Positions 22,741 through 34,952 are shown, numbered from the stretch's first letter. The stretch is DNA of 64,000 bases from Perkinsela sp. CCAP 1560/9 (GCA_965644495.1 CBFFSA010000009.1:682001-746000); one strand, 5' to 3'. Translations and numbers: made by a program. Notes: a model not told the origin generated them from the letters alone.

Positions 22741-24424
22741 TGTTATATATTCTAACCGACTTATGTCGGTCTATTGGATTGGATTGGATTGGATTACGCA
22801 CTCCGAACCACACCTACATCGGAGCTACGGGATCTATGTCAGCGCCTAGACGACACTGTTCAGACCAGCATAGAAACTTTTTTCCTTCCACTGAGTGATA
22901 CGGCGCGGCGACAAACGCAACGAGACAAACGGTTTAGTGGGTTGGGGCTTCGTTCGGCGGAAGAGCATGCCACATCAGCATATGTGGCTTCAGTCGCCTT
23001 CGCATCAGAAAGAGACGGTTGGGACCCCACTGAAGCAAAAGGTTTTGAAGGGGCTGTGCGGGATGTTAACAGACGCGTTGGACAGAGCATAGTGGACAGC
23101 GAAACCGGTAGAATACCCAAAAGTTGGGTCTCATCAGAACGTCCCTCATTTCGCACGATTGGAACTGACGAGTCGGTTGACGACCTAGTAGTGCCCCGAC
23201 AGCGAGACCTCAGTCACGCCATCTCTTCACATGAGTTTAGGAATGCGCTTGCACACACTGACCCACGGACCAGGGCCAGGTGGATCTCTGAAACTGGGGA
23301 AGGCGCTTCGGAATGGGCATTTGTGCTGCTGTCAAAGAAAGATGGCTTCGCATACACGCCCACGGAGTTCCGGACGCTGGTGCGTTGGTGGCTCGGGGAA
23401 AATATATACCCAGGTCCCCGACCCTGCCCCATGGAGAAATGTACGCAGCCTCTCGGTCCAGAAGGAGACCATACGCTGTCGTGCAAAAGTGGCCACGGCA
23501 TCACCTCTCGCCACAACGCGCTTGCTTCTCAATTTTCGGATGAATGTAAGAAAGCGGGGCTTGCGCCGAAGCGAGAGGTGAACCTAGGGAACAAGGGCCC
23601 GGGGGGAACCCTCACTAGGCCCGGAGATGTCTTCTTTACGAATAGTGGTTTAGGTCATCCTCTCGTACTCGACTTCGCCGTCACCCATGTCCAGCAACAA
23701 AAATATACGGACACAGTCCGTGACGCTAACTGGGTGACGGCGGGGTCGTTTGCGGAGCAGTACGCTACCACTAACAAGGTGAAGCAGCGTGAAGGGGCCG
23801 AGGTAGCGAAAATGAAATTTGCCGCGATGGTCGTGGAGTCCTACGGCTCGTGGAGTCCCAGCGCCATGGCAGTCCTTCGGAAGGTAGCCGCAGATAGGGC
23901 GGCCTACGGAGGAAACACCCTGCTAAAAGGAGAGGTATTGCATCACCTTCTCATCTCCTTGAACGTGACATTGATGCGGTCACAAGCTCGTATGCTCGTC
24001 CTGCGACTCCCTGCAGAGAGCCCCAATGCAGCTCTCTTGGGGTATGGCAAAGAGGATTAGCCGAAAATCGGGACCCCTCGGTTTCTCAGGCAGGCAGGGG
24101 GGGAGGTACCAAGTCCACTAACCGGCGTGCCGTTACGGGTCTTAGTTTTGGTCCGTGGGTGATTTGGTTAGGGATGGATTTCGGGGGGGATTGCTTGCTA
24201 GTTTTGAAATTATTATTTCTGGATGGTAAGATCGATTGCTAGCTTTGAGCGGAAATAATAATAATAATATACAATTGCTAGTTTTGGGCTGATAATTTAC
24301 GGGAGGAAATTTAGACGAGAACAAATACGAATTTGAAAAGACTTCAAAAAAAAGATACATACAAATATAATATAGTTCAGTATTTCTACCACCAAAAAAA
24401 AAAGCCTACCTGGAAACTTGTCTA

Positions 24425-26668
24425 GTGGCAGGGCGTGCTTTCATTGCCCTTACTCGCGAACACTTTCCCGCTCTCAGTCACTACGTAGATTGGTGTTACT
24501 CTTCGGACAGCCTACTTACTTTCGGAACACGCACCATTCCGTCTTCTGAAGGAGTGCAACAAGGCGACCCCTTAGGTCCTCTCCTTTTCTCCCTGGTCCT
24601 GAGAGAAGTAACGGCGGAAATTCACGCGGTAACCCCAATGCTCGACTTGAATCTGTGGTATCTGGACGACGGGGTGCTGGCTGGATCATCTGCTGATGTG
24701 CGGCACGCATTCGACGTGCTGGAAATCAAAGGACCACAACGGGGACTCCATATCAACGCCGCTAAATGGGAACTCGCCTTACACCCCTCATCATCCCCTC
24801 GCGCCTCCGTTTTCCCTGACATCCCTGGTCCGAATAAAAGTTTAGAGGGTAATTTTAACATTTTAGGTAGCCCAGTCGGATCCACTGAATACTGTCATAA
24901 ATTCCATTTGGACAATGTCTTCGAACTGGCCCAAGATTCTCTAACCGCCATAACTTTGCTCGAGGATCCCCAGATCGCTCTCCCTCATCCGGCATTGCGC
25001 AGGCTTCTGCAAGATGGTCTACTCTCTCCGTACCACCCCGACATCTGCATTGCAAGATATTTGTCGACGCCTGGATGACGCTGTTCAGTCCACTGTCGAA
25101 AACTTTTTCCACCCACTTGGCGATGACGCCCGGCGACAGACACAACGAGACAAGCGCTTCGGAGGGCTAGGGCTCCGTTCAGCAGAGGAACATTCCTCTT
25201 CTGCTTACGTGGCCTCCGTGGCATTCGCATCAAGGAAGGATGGCTGGGCCCCCACCGAAGCAAAAGGTTTCGAAGAAGCAGTGAGCGATGTCAACAATCG
25301 CGCTGGACTAAATCTGGTAGACGGTGAAAATGGCACAATACCCAAGAGCATGGTTGTGTCAGATCGTTCCCTCTTTAGTACTATCGAAGCGAGCGAATCT
25401 AGCAATGAAGCGGTAGTTCCCAGACAACGGGATCTCAGTCACTCGATCTCTTCCCAGGAATACAACAGCGCGCTTAATACCGCTGACCCGCGGACGAGGG
25501 CCCGATGGATCTCTGAAACGGGGGAAGGGGCGTCGGAGTGGGCATTTGTTTTGCCTTCCAAGAAGAACGGTCACGCATATACCCCGACAGAGTTCCGAAT
25601 GCTGGTACGCTGGTGGCTTGGGGAGAACACATACCCCGGCACCCGACCTTGCCCCATGGACAAATGCACGCAGCCGCTTGGTCCAGAGGGGGATCACGCG
25701 ATGTCGTGCAAAAGCGGGCATGGTATCATTTCCCGACACAATGCTCTGGCAACACAGTTTGCGGCGGAGTGTTCCAAGGCCGGGCTCGCCCCCAAACGAG
25801 AGGTCAGCCTGGGAAACAAGGATCCGGGGGGCACCCTCACTAGGCCTGCAGATGTCTTTATAGACAGCCACCTCGGTCGGTCCCTTGTACTCGACTTCGC
25901 TGTCACCCATGTCCAGCAACAAAAGTATACGGACACAGTCCGTGACGCCAACTGGGTGACGGCGGGGTCGTTCGCGGAACAATATGCCACCGTGAACAAG
26001 AGCACGCAACGCGAAGAGGCGACTGCAGCACACTTTAAGTTCGGAGCCATGGTCGTAGAATCCTACGGCTCGTGGTGTCCCAGCGCAATGTCTGTTCTCC
26101 GAGAGGTCGCGGTAGCTAGGACGGCCAAATCGGGCAGTGACATAGCGAAGGGGGCGGCCTTACATCAGATTCTCACAGCTCTGAATGTAACACTGATGAG
26201 GTCGCAGGCCCGAATGTTAGTCTTGCGATTACCCGCAACGGGCCCCGACCTGGCTCTCCTGGGGTACGGGAAGGAAGAGTAGCAAGCGGCCAAGAGGTGG
26301 AAAACCTCGTGGGCAAGGGTGGGGCGGTAAGTGGCGTGGTTGCTTTGTTTGGTTCCTGGTTCTGCAGGGAGGTTGTGGCCAGCTTCTGGCGGTCCTGCGG
26401 ACAATAAGGTCCGGGGTAGTGAGAGAGGTGGCAGGTTGAGGTTTTGCTCGTTTCGGGTTTGCTCGATTTGGGTTTGCTCGGTTTGGTTGGGCTTTACATA
26501 CATTTGCTAGTTTTGGGCTCACCAATTGCTAGTTTTTTAAAAAAAATGCGGGAAAAATGGGCATGAATTGCTTGTTTTAATTTTTACTGTTTCTTGTTTG
26601 TAGTATATACTTAGGGGAGATTAAATTGCTAGTTTTGAGCTGAGAAAAAAAAAGGTACAAAAAAAAAG
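24425..26668 (+). mobile_element. 5'-truncated CRE family B copy (RT C-terminal part and RLE)
   Basis: ORFs 24425-25078 (QGDPLGP, WYLDD) and 25014-26282 (RLE). The A-rich tail abuts the next SL. Confidence 0.88.
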
Positions 26669-26670
26669 AT

Positions 26671-29600
26671 TAGCGATAAAGATACAGTTTCTGTACCTTG
26701 TTGAATTATTTTCTTTTTCTTTGTCTACTCTCTTTTTGATGGTAATGAACGAGACACACTCAGCCAACCATCCTGAGGATACACCTTTCGACCCTGGAAT
26801 CATGGATTCTAATCAGAATTTTGTCCACGAAGAAAAATCCCATGAATTGGGTAGTTGGGACCAGTTTAAGGGCAACGAACATCTTATCCGAAGCGCAAGC
26901 ACCTATGACGAGAGTTTATACACTACTGCCATCCCGCAAAATATCCCGCACGATTGGATGCGCCGTGCGCACGCTTTAGAAAAGGATATTGAAACGCCCG
27001 ACATGGGTCACGTACATGACCGAACTGAAGAGGAGATCCATTGTAGTGTCCAGCGTGATATCGATAAGTCTAATAATGTTGATTTCGAAGGAGCCGATTC
27101 GATTTCACACAACCAACTAAGCACATTTAGCAAGGCTGCGAAGATGACCGATGAGTGCTCTAATGTCAATTCTGACGGAACCGATTCGACTTCACTCAGC
27201 CAATTAAGCACATCTAGCAAGGCTGTGAAGACCACTGATGAGGGTCCTAATGTCAACTTCGAGGGAACTGATGCGACTTCACCCAGCCAATTGAGAAAAT
27301 CTAATAAAGCTGTGAAGGCGAGATTTTTACGACACCTTCGAAACTCAGAACACTCTAAGAACTGTTACGAATCCGAAAGCAGTACGGCCACGTTCCCAGA
27401 CCTCACTCCGACGGACCTCATTTCTCATTTCTCCGTTTCTAGCAGTCCAAAGAGGCGCAAGAACAAGAAGTGCTCTAAAAGAAGTACCACCTCACAGACA
27501 TCTTTCAACCAATCAGGCTCCGAAAGCACGGTAGCGACAGAGTCTTCGTTGAACCGGCACCATCACAAGACAGCTGCGTCACATCGGAAGTAAAGCTTAA
27601 GCGGAACCGAGCCACTTTCAAATCCGAGCCTGTTAAATCACCCAACCTCACGCGGACGACAAAAACATCATATAACGCTAGAAAGTGCCCAGTGGAATCA
27701 TGTTTGTGGCAAACCGGTCCTCATGGAAATCAATGGCAGGCGTATTATAATCACATCTCAAACAGGCACGGGGCGGAAGTATCGGACACGTGGTGGGCAG
27801 AGGAAGGCAGATTTCGATGTGCATACTGCAAAAAACATTCCCACTTAGGCAAAAAGGAGTCCCATACGCGACATTGCAAATTTCGCACACTCGCATCCGA
27901 TAACCCTCAGGATCCTTCCCGTGAGTTGAACGACTCCTCCAACCCTACCACAAACGCCGCTGTGATGCCTGAACGCCCCCCGGGTACGAACCCTAATGAT
28001 CAGCCCGATCAGGTGGAGGATGTAGACAACTTGCTGCCGACCTTATCTTCTGTGTGCGCACTGCCGGTGATTACGAGCAAGGATATCCCTTATTGCTGCA
28101 GGGCTGAATGGGCACGAGTACTCACTTCCTGCTTGATGACAGCCACGCTAGATAACACACTCGAGGCGTGGACTCTCCTTGCGATGCTTCCGAAATGTGT
28201 CCTTCCGGCCCCCCGCCGTGGAGGCAGTAAGAAAAAAACCTCTTATGCGTCCTACGTCCGAAAATGTCTTTCCAGATGGAACCAAAAGGAGTACATACCC
28301 CTCTGGAGTGAAGCAATCGCCAGTCTACAGCGCAAACGCAAATCCCCGGCGCAAGCAACCAGCGTAGAAGAAAATGACGACAAGGCAGCTCTACGAGCGG
28401 CTAGGCTTGCCCGAGATGGAGAGCTATCGCGTGCCATGACAGCACTGACCTCGGTGTCACTCGCTCCCCATGACGATGCCACCTACAATAAACTCATAAA
28501 CAAGCACCCTCCACGACTCTCTGGCGAAGACCCAGGCGAACAACTTCCTTCATCGTCCGTAACCCCTCTCAAGATCACACAGGAAAATGTAACCGAGGCA
28601 CTCTCAAGTTTCCACAGAGGATCCTCCGGAGGGGCGTTCGGCCTTCGGCCAGAACATGTGCAGATAGCCATGGCATATCACAACGATGAGCGCATAGATC
28701 CATTGGGAAAGCTCACCAAGTTCGTTAACCATCTTCTTTCCGGAGGCGCGCTGGACGAGGTCCAGCCGCGCTTCGCAGGCGGACGCTTATGTGCACATCA
28801 TAAGGGAGCACACGATGTTCGGCCCATCGCCGCAGGAGAAACCCTCCGGCGCTTCGCAAGCAAGGTTGCGTGTTTTTCTGTCAAATCAAAGGCCTGTCGG
28901 CTCTTCAGGGGACACCAGTACGGGGTTGCAATACCCGCTGGAGCCGAGAGGGTAATACATTTATGCAGATTGACCATGGAGGAACACGTTGATGACGAGG
29001 ACTTCGTCTTATGTAAAGTTGATCTCCGAAACGCGTTCAACCACGTATCACGCAACAGCATTATTTCGCTCACCCGTCAATATTTTCCTGAGCTTAGTCC
29101 CTATGTCGAATGGTGAAAGCTTTGAATTCGCAGTACGGGACGTCAATAGGCGCGCGGGCTATAACTTCGTTTCAAATACCGGGAAAATTCCAAAGCTCTC
29201 GTCTTCCCCACCTGAACAGTTGAACCCAGAGACAGCAAACTCCGACGATATCATGCACAAATGCCGGGCTTACAACGAAGCGCGAAGTAAGCCTGCATAA
29301 CACGGGCCCTGGCGGCGGTCTGACGCGACCGGCGGACGTATTAATCTCAAGTTTTCGAGCGGGCCAGGGCCTTGTAATGGATTTCGCTGTCACACACGTC
29401 CAGCAAACGAAATATACGGATCTAGTCCGTGATGCTAGCGTGGTAACAGCTGGATCCTTTGCGGAAAGATACGCAACGGAACACAAGCAGAAACAACGAG
29501 AAGAAGCCGCCGCAGCCAAACTCCGATTTGCGGCCATGGCCGTAGAATCATACGGCTCATGGTGCCCCAGCGCTATGGCGGTGATCCGTGACATGACAAT

Positions 29601-30260
29601 TGAGCACTCAATGCACTCCGGTAACCTATCCAAAAAAGAAGCCTTACACCGACTTCTTGCTGGCTTGAACGTCACTTTAATGCGGTCGCAGGCACGTATG
29701 ATGGTGCTACGATCCCTACCGACACCTGACCCATCCCTGATAGGCTATGGCAATATGGAAGTGGTGTAGTGACATCCTCTCTTGCATCCTCTGGTCCGGA
29801 TGTTCGTCGTGTCGACAGAGTGTATACTCACGCCTAGCTCGAAAGGGCTAGGTACCCCAAGTGAGATAGTACACGGGTAGTGAATCTCCTCCCCGTCGGC
29901 TAGCATCCTGTTTCGCGACCGTGTCGCTGTCGACACAGGCCCGCGCCTGCGCCCTCCCATATAACAAGGGAAGGGTTCACAAGTCAGGCCGTGGAGAGGT
30001 CGAAAGACCCGGTCCGGAACGCGCGAATGGATTGGGTCTGGATTGCTTGTTTTTATTGTTATTATTGTTATTATTGTTCTTATACTTACGGGAGATCGAA
30101 TTGCTAGTTTTGGGCTCCAAAATATGAAATTGCTAGTTTGATTGCTTGTCTTAAAATCGTATACCCCCCCGATGGACCTACAGGGTTCAAGTATTGGGTA
30201 AAAATATAGAGGCAATGCCGCGGTTCATACTTCTCTCCCCTTATTCATCGCAAAAAAAGA
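26671..30260 (+). mobile_element. CRE family B copy, internally deleted
   Basis: SL 26671-26703, LsmAD-like ORF 26721-27593, ZnF and RT N-half 27692-29116, RLE end 29377-29769, structured 3' RNA, A tail. Confidence 0.88.
29798..30027 (+). ncRNA. Conserved ~230-nt structured 3' element, copy 1 (variant GAAA)
   Basis: Near-identical to 34723-34952, 44040-44269 and 45888-46117. Several helices, GNRA-capped hairpins. Confidence 0.7.
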
Positions 30261-30329
30261 AAAACATATCTTTAACGATAAAAAAAACAATATCTTTAAA
30301 AAACAATATCTTTAGAAAAAACATACCTT

Positions 30330-30475
30330 TAACGATAAAGATACAGTTTCTGTACCTTGTTGAATTATTTCTCTTTTCCTTCCTATTGACTTTACATACA
30401 CCAATGAATGACCCTCGATCAGGGGGGAAGCTCTGGTGTTGTCACTGTGGCACACGTTTTGTCCCACAGAGCCTT
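30330..30475 (+). mobile_element. SL plus the first ~110 bp of a family A element
   Basis: SL 30330-30362, then sequence matching the start of the 36081 copy (MNDPRSGGKLWCCHC). It is cut off by the next SL-headed element. Confidence 0.85.
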
Positions 30476-30552
30476 ACCTTATCTTTAACGACAAAGATAC
30501 AGTTTCTGTACCTTGTTGAATTATTTTTTTCTTTCTTACATTCAACCATTAC

Positions 30553-33500
30553 ATGGGCGTGTCAACGCGTTCTAAAACACGAACGGACTGTAACTTTGGG
30601 AAGGAAGCTGCCTCTCACAAGGTAGGGTCGTATGATCAATTTAAGGCCAACGAACACCTAACGAACGGGAAGAGTACTTACGACGAACTACTTTACACCA
30701 CAGAAATACCGCAGGACCTTTCCTCTGAAAAGATACAGCAAGCGGAAGGCATTGCCATTAGCATAACAAACGCGCCTGCCGGCCCAACACCTGACACAGG
30801 TCACGTTGACGGAATGACTGAGGCAGATATTCATTCCAATGTCCTTCAGGAGGAAAATGTAGGCGCTCGCTTTGGGGGGAAAAATTGCGCTCAGGAGGAA
30901 AATGAGGGTTTTCGATTCGAATACATAGGCTCTGACTCTTCTTTGCTCAGCCAATCCAAGTTATCAAATAAGGCTGTAAAGGAGAAACGCGAACGCGTCC
31001 TCCGGAAAACAAATCCGAACGACTCTCAACAAAACGAGAATGACATAGTATTTCCAGACCTTACTCCAAATGACTTCGATTTTTCGATCAGCACACGGCC
31101 AGGAAGACGAAAAAAGAAGAAGAGCCCTAAGACCACCCAGTATTCTCAAGTGAGTAGTGTTCCCACAAGTGATAGCAGTGACGGGGATGTCACAGACTCT
31201 CCTCCGAAAGACCAAACCCCCGTCCCCCCCGAAGGAAAGCGCAAGCGCCACGATCAAACCCTTAAAAAAGCTTACACCCAACCGAATACACCCAGAAATG
31301 TGGTTGCCACACCCAGAAAGGCACTTTCACAAAGTGACACGTTCCGGAAATGTCCTATTGAGGGGTGTACCTGGAAGACGGGGCCGCACGGTGGTCAATG
31401 GCAATCATACTATAACCACGTAGCCCACAGACATGGAGACGAAGCTCCGGACAGCTGGTGGACAGGGGAAGGAAGATTTCGATGCCGAAAATGTGAAAAA
31501 CATTATGATCTAAGCAAAGAGGACGCTCACATTAAGAATTGCAAGTTCCGCGCTTCCTCGACGCACACTCAACGGAACCCCACACCGAGTGACGACACTT
31601 CTGTCTCGAGTGCTGACGTGCCGCTAGAGAAAAACGAAATTTCCGACGCACAGGCAGACCAGATCACTACCGACGAAACCTATATAATGAACAGTGACAC
31701 ACCTCTTCCAAGCCTCTTTTCCATATGCGCCTTGCCCATTATCACTTGCAAAGATATACCCAACAGCTGCCGACCAGAGTGGGAAAAGGCGCTTTGCGGG
31801 TGTCTAGATTCGGCAATCCGAGAGAATACCATTGAAGCGTGGACTCTCCTCGCTATGCTGCCCAAATGCGTTATACCTGCCCCCCATCGAGGAGGTAGCC
31901 GGGAGAAAACATCGTATGCTTCCCACGTACGGAAATGCCTTTCTCGCTGGTCCAAGAAAGACTTCCTGGCCCTCTGGGATGAAGCTGTCAAGAGCGTCAC
32001 GGGCAAGAAGAGAAGCGTGGAGAAAGCGCAGAGTCTCGAAGAAGAAGAAAAAAAATCCGCACTACGAGCCGAAAGACTCGTACGTGACGGGGAGCTCTCA
32101 CGCGCCATGACCGCACTGACATCTGCGCCACTCGCTCCGGACAATGATGAGACTTACGCAAAGCTTCAGGCAAAGCATCCCCCCCGACTCTCCGCATCAG
32201 ATACACCCAGCCCATCAGTGGACGTGGAACCTCTTAAAGTGACGGAGGATGAAGTATCGGCGGCACTCTCAACTTTTTATCGGGGTTCCTCCGGGGGTGC
32301 CTTTGGTCTGCGGCCGGAACACGTGCAAGTTGCTATACATGGTCATCACGATGGTCAGACCGGTCCTTTGGAAATACTCACAAAGTTCACCAATCACATG
32401 CTAGCCGGAAAAGCACCATTAGAAGTCAAAAGCCACTACGCTGGAGGTCGATTGTGTGCCATGAAGAAGGGGGAACACGACGTACGCCCGATCGCCGCTG
32501 GTGAAACCCTTCGCCGCTTGGCGAGCAAAGTTGCATGCTTCTCTGCCAAAACCAGAGCCCGCAAACTTTTTAAGGGACACCAATACGGGGTCGCTACACC
32601 GGCCGGGGCGGAACGTGTTATCCATCTTTGCCGACAGACATTCGCGGCCCGCGTAGACGATGATAACTTCCTTCTATGCAAAATAGACCTCCGGAATGCC
32701 TTCAACCAGGTGTCCCGTGACAGGTTCACTGATTTAACGCGCATACACTTTCCCGAACTCAGTCATTTTGTAGAGTGGTGTTATTATACAGAAAGTTTAC
32801 TCACGTTCGGTACGCGTACGGTAAAGTCTTTTGAAGGGGTACAACAAGGCGACCCCCTTGGCCCCCTCCTCTTCTCACTGGTTATGAGGGAGCTTGCTTC
32901 GGAAATCCACGCGGCAACACCGAAACTAGACCTGAATCTATGGTATCTAGATGACGGAATACTGGCGGGCGCATCATGCGATGTACGACACGCATTTGAT
33001 GTGCTAGAACTAAACGGCCCGCGATGGGGTTTACATCTGAACGCTGCGAAATGTGAACTCGCTGCGCACCCCGCATCGTCTCATCGTTCTTATGTCTTCC
33101 CCGACCTACCTGGACCGAATAAAAGCACTGAGGGTAATTTCCATATGTTAGATAGCCCTTTAGGGTCAACCGAGTTCCGCCGTCAATTTCTCCTTGACAA
33201 CGCCATTGAACACGCAGAGGACTCGCTGGAAGCCATTACCAAACTCGAGGACCCCCAGGTGGCCCTTTCACTTATTCGGCATTGCACGGGCTTCTGTCAG
33301 ATGGTCTACTCACTCCGTACTACCCCAACGTCGGAGCTCCAGGATCTCTGTCGACGTCTCGACGACGCAGTGCAAGACGCTACCTCACACTTTTTCGGGC
33401 CACTCAGCGACGCAGCAAGGCGACAAGCACAGAGAGGCAAACGGTTTGGTGGCTTGGGACTCCGTTCAGCTGAGGAGCATTCTGCCTCCGCTTATGTGGC

Positions 33501-34578
33501 CTCAGTCGCCTTCGCAGCGGAGAAAGACTTTTGGGATCCAACGGACGCAAAAGATTTCAATGAGGCAGTGATCGACGTGAACAAACGCGCAGGGAAGAAT
33601 ATCGTTGACAATGAAACGGGCAAAATTCTACAAAGCTCGGCCGTTTCAGAGCACCAACCCTTTCAAACCAATCCGATCCAAGAAATAGACAATAAATTGG
33701 TCATACCTCGACAAAGGGACCTGAGCCATGCTATTTCGTCCCACGCGTTCGAACACGCACTCGCCCACGCTGACCCAAGCACGAGGGCTCGGTGGAGCTC
33801 GGAAACGGGGGAAGGGGCGTCGGAGTGGGCTTTCGTGTTGCCGCCCAAAAAGAACGGCTTTGCGTACGCCCCCACGGAGTTTCGCATGTTAATCCGTTGG
33901 TGGCTGGGGGAAACCATCTACCCGGGCCTCCGTCCCTGCCCCATGGAAAAGTGCAAACAGCCCCTAGGCCCAGGGGGTGAACACGCACTGGCATACAAAT
34001 GCGGGCACGGGATCACTGCTCGGCACAGTGCCTTGGTATCCCAATTCTCTGCAGAATGCTCAAAGGCCGGGCTTGCCCCTCAAGGAGAAGTGAGTTTGGG
34101 GAACATAGGTCCGGGTGGCGCACTCACCAGACCTGGGGACGTATTCATTCGAAGTTTCGGTCGCGGTCAGGCCCTCGTACTCGACTTCGCTGTCACTCAT
34201 GTCCAGCAAAAAAAATATACGGACACAGTCCGTGACGCTAACTGGGTGACGGCGGGGTCGTTTGCGGAGCAATACGCGACCGCCAACAAGGCTAAACAAC
34301 GAGAAGAGGCTGAAGCGGCGCGAATGAATTTTACCGCCATGGTGGTAGAATCGTTTGGCTCGTGGAGCCCTAGCGCAATGTCGATCCTTAGGGTGGTTGC
34401 TGCAGGTAGGGCATCCAATGCCAATTCCGGGGATATTTTACCGAAAGGGGATGCTCTACACCGGTTGCCTACATCCCTAAATGTAACCCTCATGAGATCC
34501 CAAGCCCGCATGCTCGTCCTACGACGGCCTGCTGTGGGTCCTGATTCAGCGCTCCTAGGCTATGGGAAAGAGGAGTAG
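30553..34578 (+). CDS. LsmAD-like domain, basic NLS, CCHH/CCHC fingers, reverse transcriptase, RLE endonuclease (1341 aa)
   Basis: YDQFKANE..STYDELLYTT; CPIEGC..HVAHRH; VRPIAAGE, IDLRNAFN, QGDPLGP, WYLDD; RPGDVF..LDFAVTH..VVESFGSW. Uninterrupted, but some conserved residues are substituted (HALAY versus H.LSC). Confidence 0.92.
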   Translation: MGVSTRSKTRTDCNFGKEAASHKVGSYDQFKANEHLTNGKSTYDELLYTTEIPQDLSSEKIQQAEGIAISITNAPAGPTPDTGHVDGMTEADIHSNVLQEENVGARFGGKNCAQEENEGFRFEYIGSDSSLLSQSKLSNKAVKEKRERVLRKTNPNDSQQNENDIVFPDLTPNDFDFSISTRPGRRKKKKSPKTTQYSQVSSVPTSDSSDGDVTDSPPKDQTPVPPEGKRKRHDQTLKKAYTQPNTPRNVVATPRKALSQSDTFRKCPIEGCTWKTGPHGGQWQSYYNHVAHRHGDEAPDSWWTGEGRFRCRKCEKHYDLSKEDAHIKNCKFRASSTHTQRNPTPSDDTSVSSADVPLEKNEISDAQADQITTDETYIMNSDTPLPSLFSICALPIITCKDIPNSCRPEWEKALCGCLDSAIRENTIEAWTLLAMLPKCVIPAPHRGGSREKTSYASHVRKCLSRWSKKDFLALWDEAVKSVTGKKRSVEKAQSLEEEEKKSALRAERLVRDGELSRAMTALTSAPLAPDNDETYAKLQAKHPPRLSASDTPSPSVDVEPLKVTEDEVSAALSTFYRGSSGGAFGLRPEHVQVAIHGHHDGQTGPLEILTKFTNHMLAGKAPLEVKSHYAGGRLCAMKKGEHDVRPIAAGETLRRLASKVACFSAKTRARKLFKGHQYGVATPAGAERVIHLCRQTFAARVDDDNFLLCKIDLRNAFNQVSRDRFTDLTRIHFPELSHFVEWCYYTESLLTFGTRTVKSFEGVQQGDPLGPLLFSLVMRELASEIHAATPKLDLNLWYLDDGILAGASCDVRHAFDVLELNGPRWGLHLNAAKCELAAHPASSHRSYVFPDLPGPNKSTEGNFHMLDSPLGSTEFRRQFLLDNAIEHAEDSLEAITKLEDPQVALSLIRHCTGFCQMVYSLRTTPTSELQDLCRRLDDAVQDATSHFFGPLSDAARRQAQRGKRFGGLGLRSAEEHSASAYVASVAFAAEKDFWDPTDAKDFNEAVIDVNKRAGKNIVDNETGKILQSSAVSEHQPFQTNPIQEIDNKLVIPRQRDLSHAISSHAFEHALAHADPSTRARWSSETGEGASEWAFVLPPKKNGFAYAPTEFRMLIRWWLGETIYPGLRPCPMEKCKQPLGPGGEHALAYKCGHGITARHSALVSQFSAECSKAGLAPQGEVSLGNIGPGGALTRPGDVFIRSFGRGQALVLDFAVTHVQQKKYTDTVRDANWVTAGSFAEQYATANKAKQREEAEAARMNFTAMVVESFGSWSPSAMSILRVVAAGRASNANSGDILPKGDALHRLPTSLNVTLMRSQARMLVLRRPAVGPDSALLGYGKEE

Positions 34579-34722
34579 TGGATCACTCGCCACACCCGAC
34601 GACTTCCTCGCCTGCGAAATCTGGCCGCTATACAATGTTTTCCCGCGGCAAACGCCGACCCGGCTCTCGTTGGGTATGGCCAGGGGTATGGCCAGGTGAC
34701 TTTCATGGGAAACTCCCGGTAC

Positions 34723-34952
34723 GGATGCTGGTAGCGTCGACAGAGTCTATACTCACGCCTAGTCCGTCAGGGCTAGGTACCCCAAGTGAGGTAGTACACG
34801 GGTAGTGAATCTCCTCCCCGTCGGCCAGCATCCTGTTTCGCGACCGTGTCGCTGTCGACACAGGCCCGCGCCTGCGCCCTCCTGTATAACAAGGGAAGGG
34901 TTCACAAGTCAGGCCGTGGAGAGGTCGAAAGACCCGGTCCGGAACTCGCGAA
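34723..34952 (+). ncRNA. Structured 3' element, copy 2 (variant GTCA)
   Basis: As copy 1, with hairpin CCTAGTCC-GTCA-GGGCTAGG. Confidence 0.7.

Larger units (their letters stand above)
17802..22793 (+). mobile_element. APE-RT-RNase H LINE (RTE/ingi-group-like) with (TTGGA)n tail and 12-bp TSD
   Basis: TSD TTACGCACTCCG at 17790-17801 and 22794-22805. The host reading frame MVYALR|TTPTS resumes after it. Tail ATTGGATTGGATTGGATTGGA. Confidence 0.88.
15003..24405 (+). mobile_element. CRE-like element family B (LsmAD-ZnF-RT-RLE), degenerate, split by an APE-RT-RNH LINE
   Basis: SL 15003-15035, ATG 15072. ORF pieces 15030-16004, 16137-17048, 16780-17133, 17218-17801 (WYLDD) and 22794-24060 are colinear with the 30553-34578 ORF. 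Confidence 0.88.

Noticed and set aside
26721-27593. Host ataxin-2/PBP1 gene
   Set aside because: No Lsm domain or PAM2 seen, and it is colinear with the N-terminus of the retrotransposon ORF 30553-34578.
34723-34952. Assignment to group I intron, RNase P, HDV/hammerhead ribozyme or picornavirus IRES (GGATGC..AGGTACCCC resemblance)
   Set aside because: I could not fit the diagnostic cores. The IRES resemblance is only two short words.
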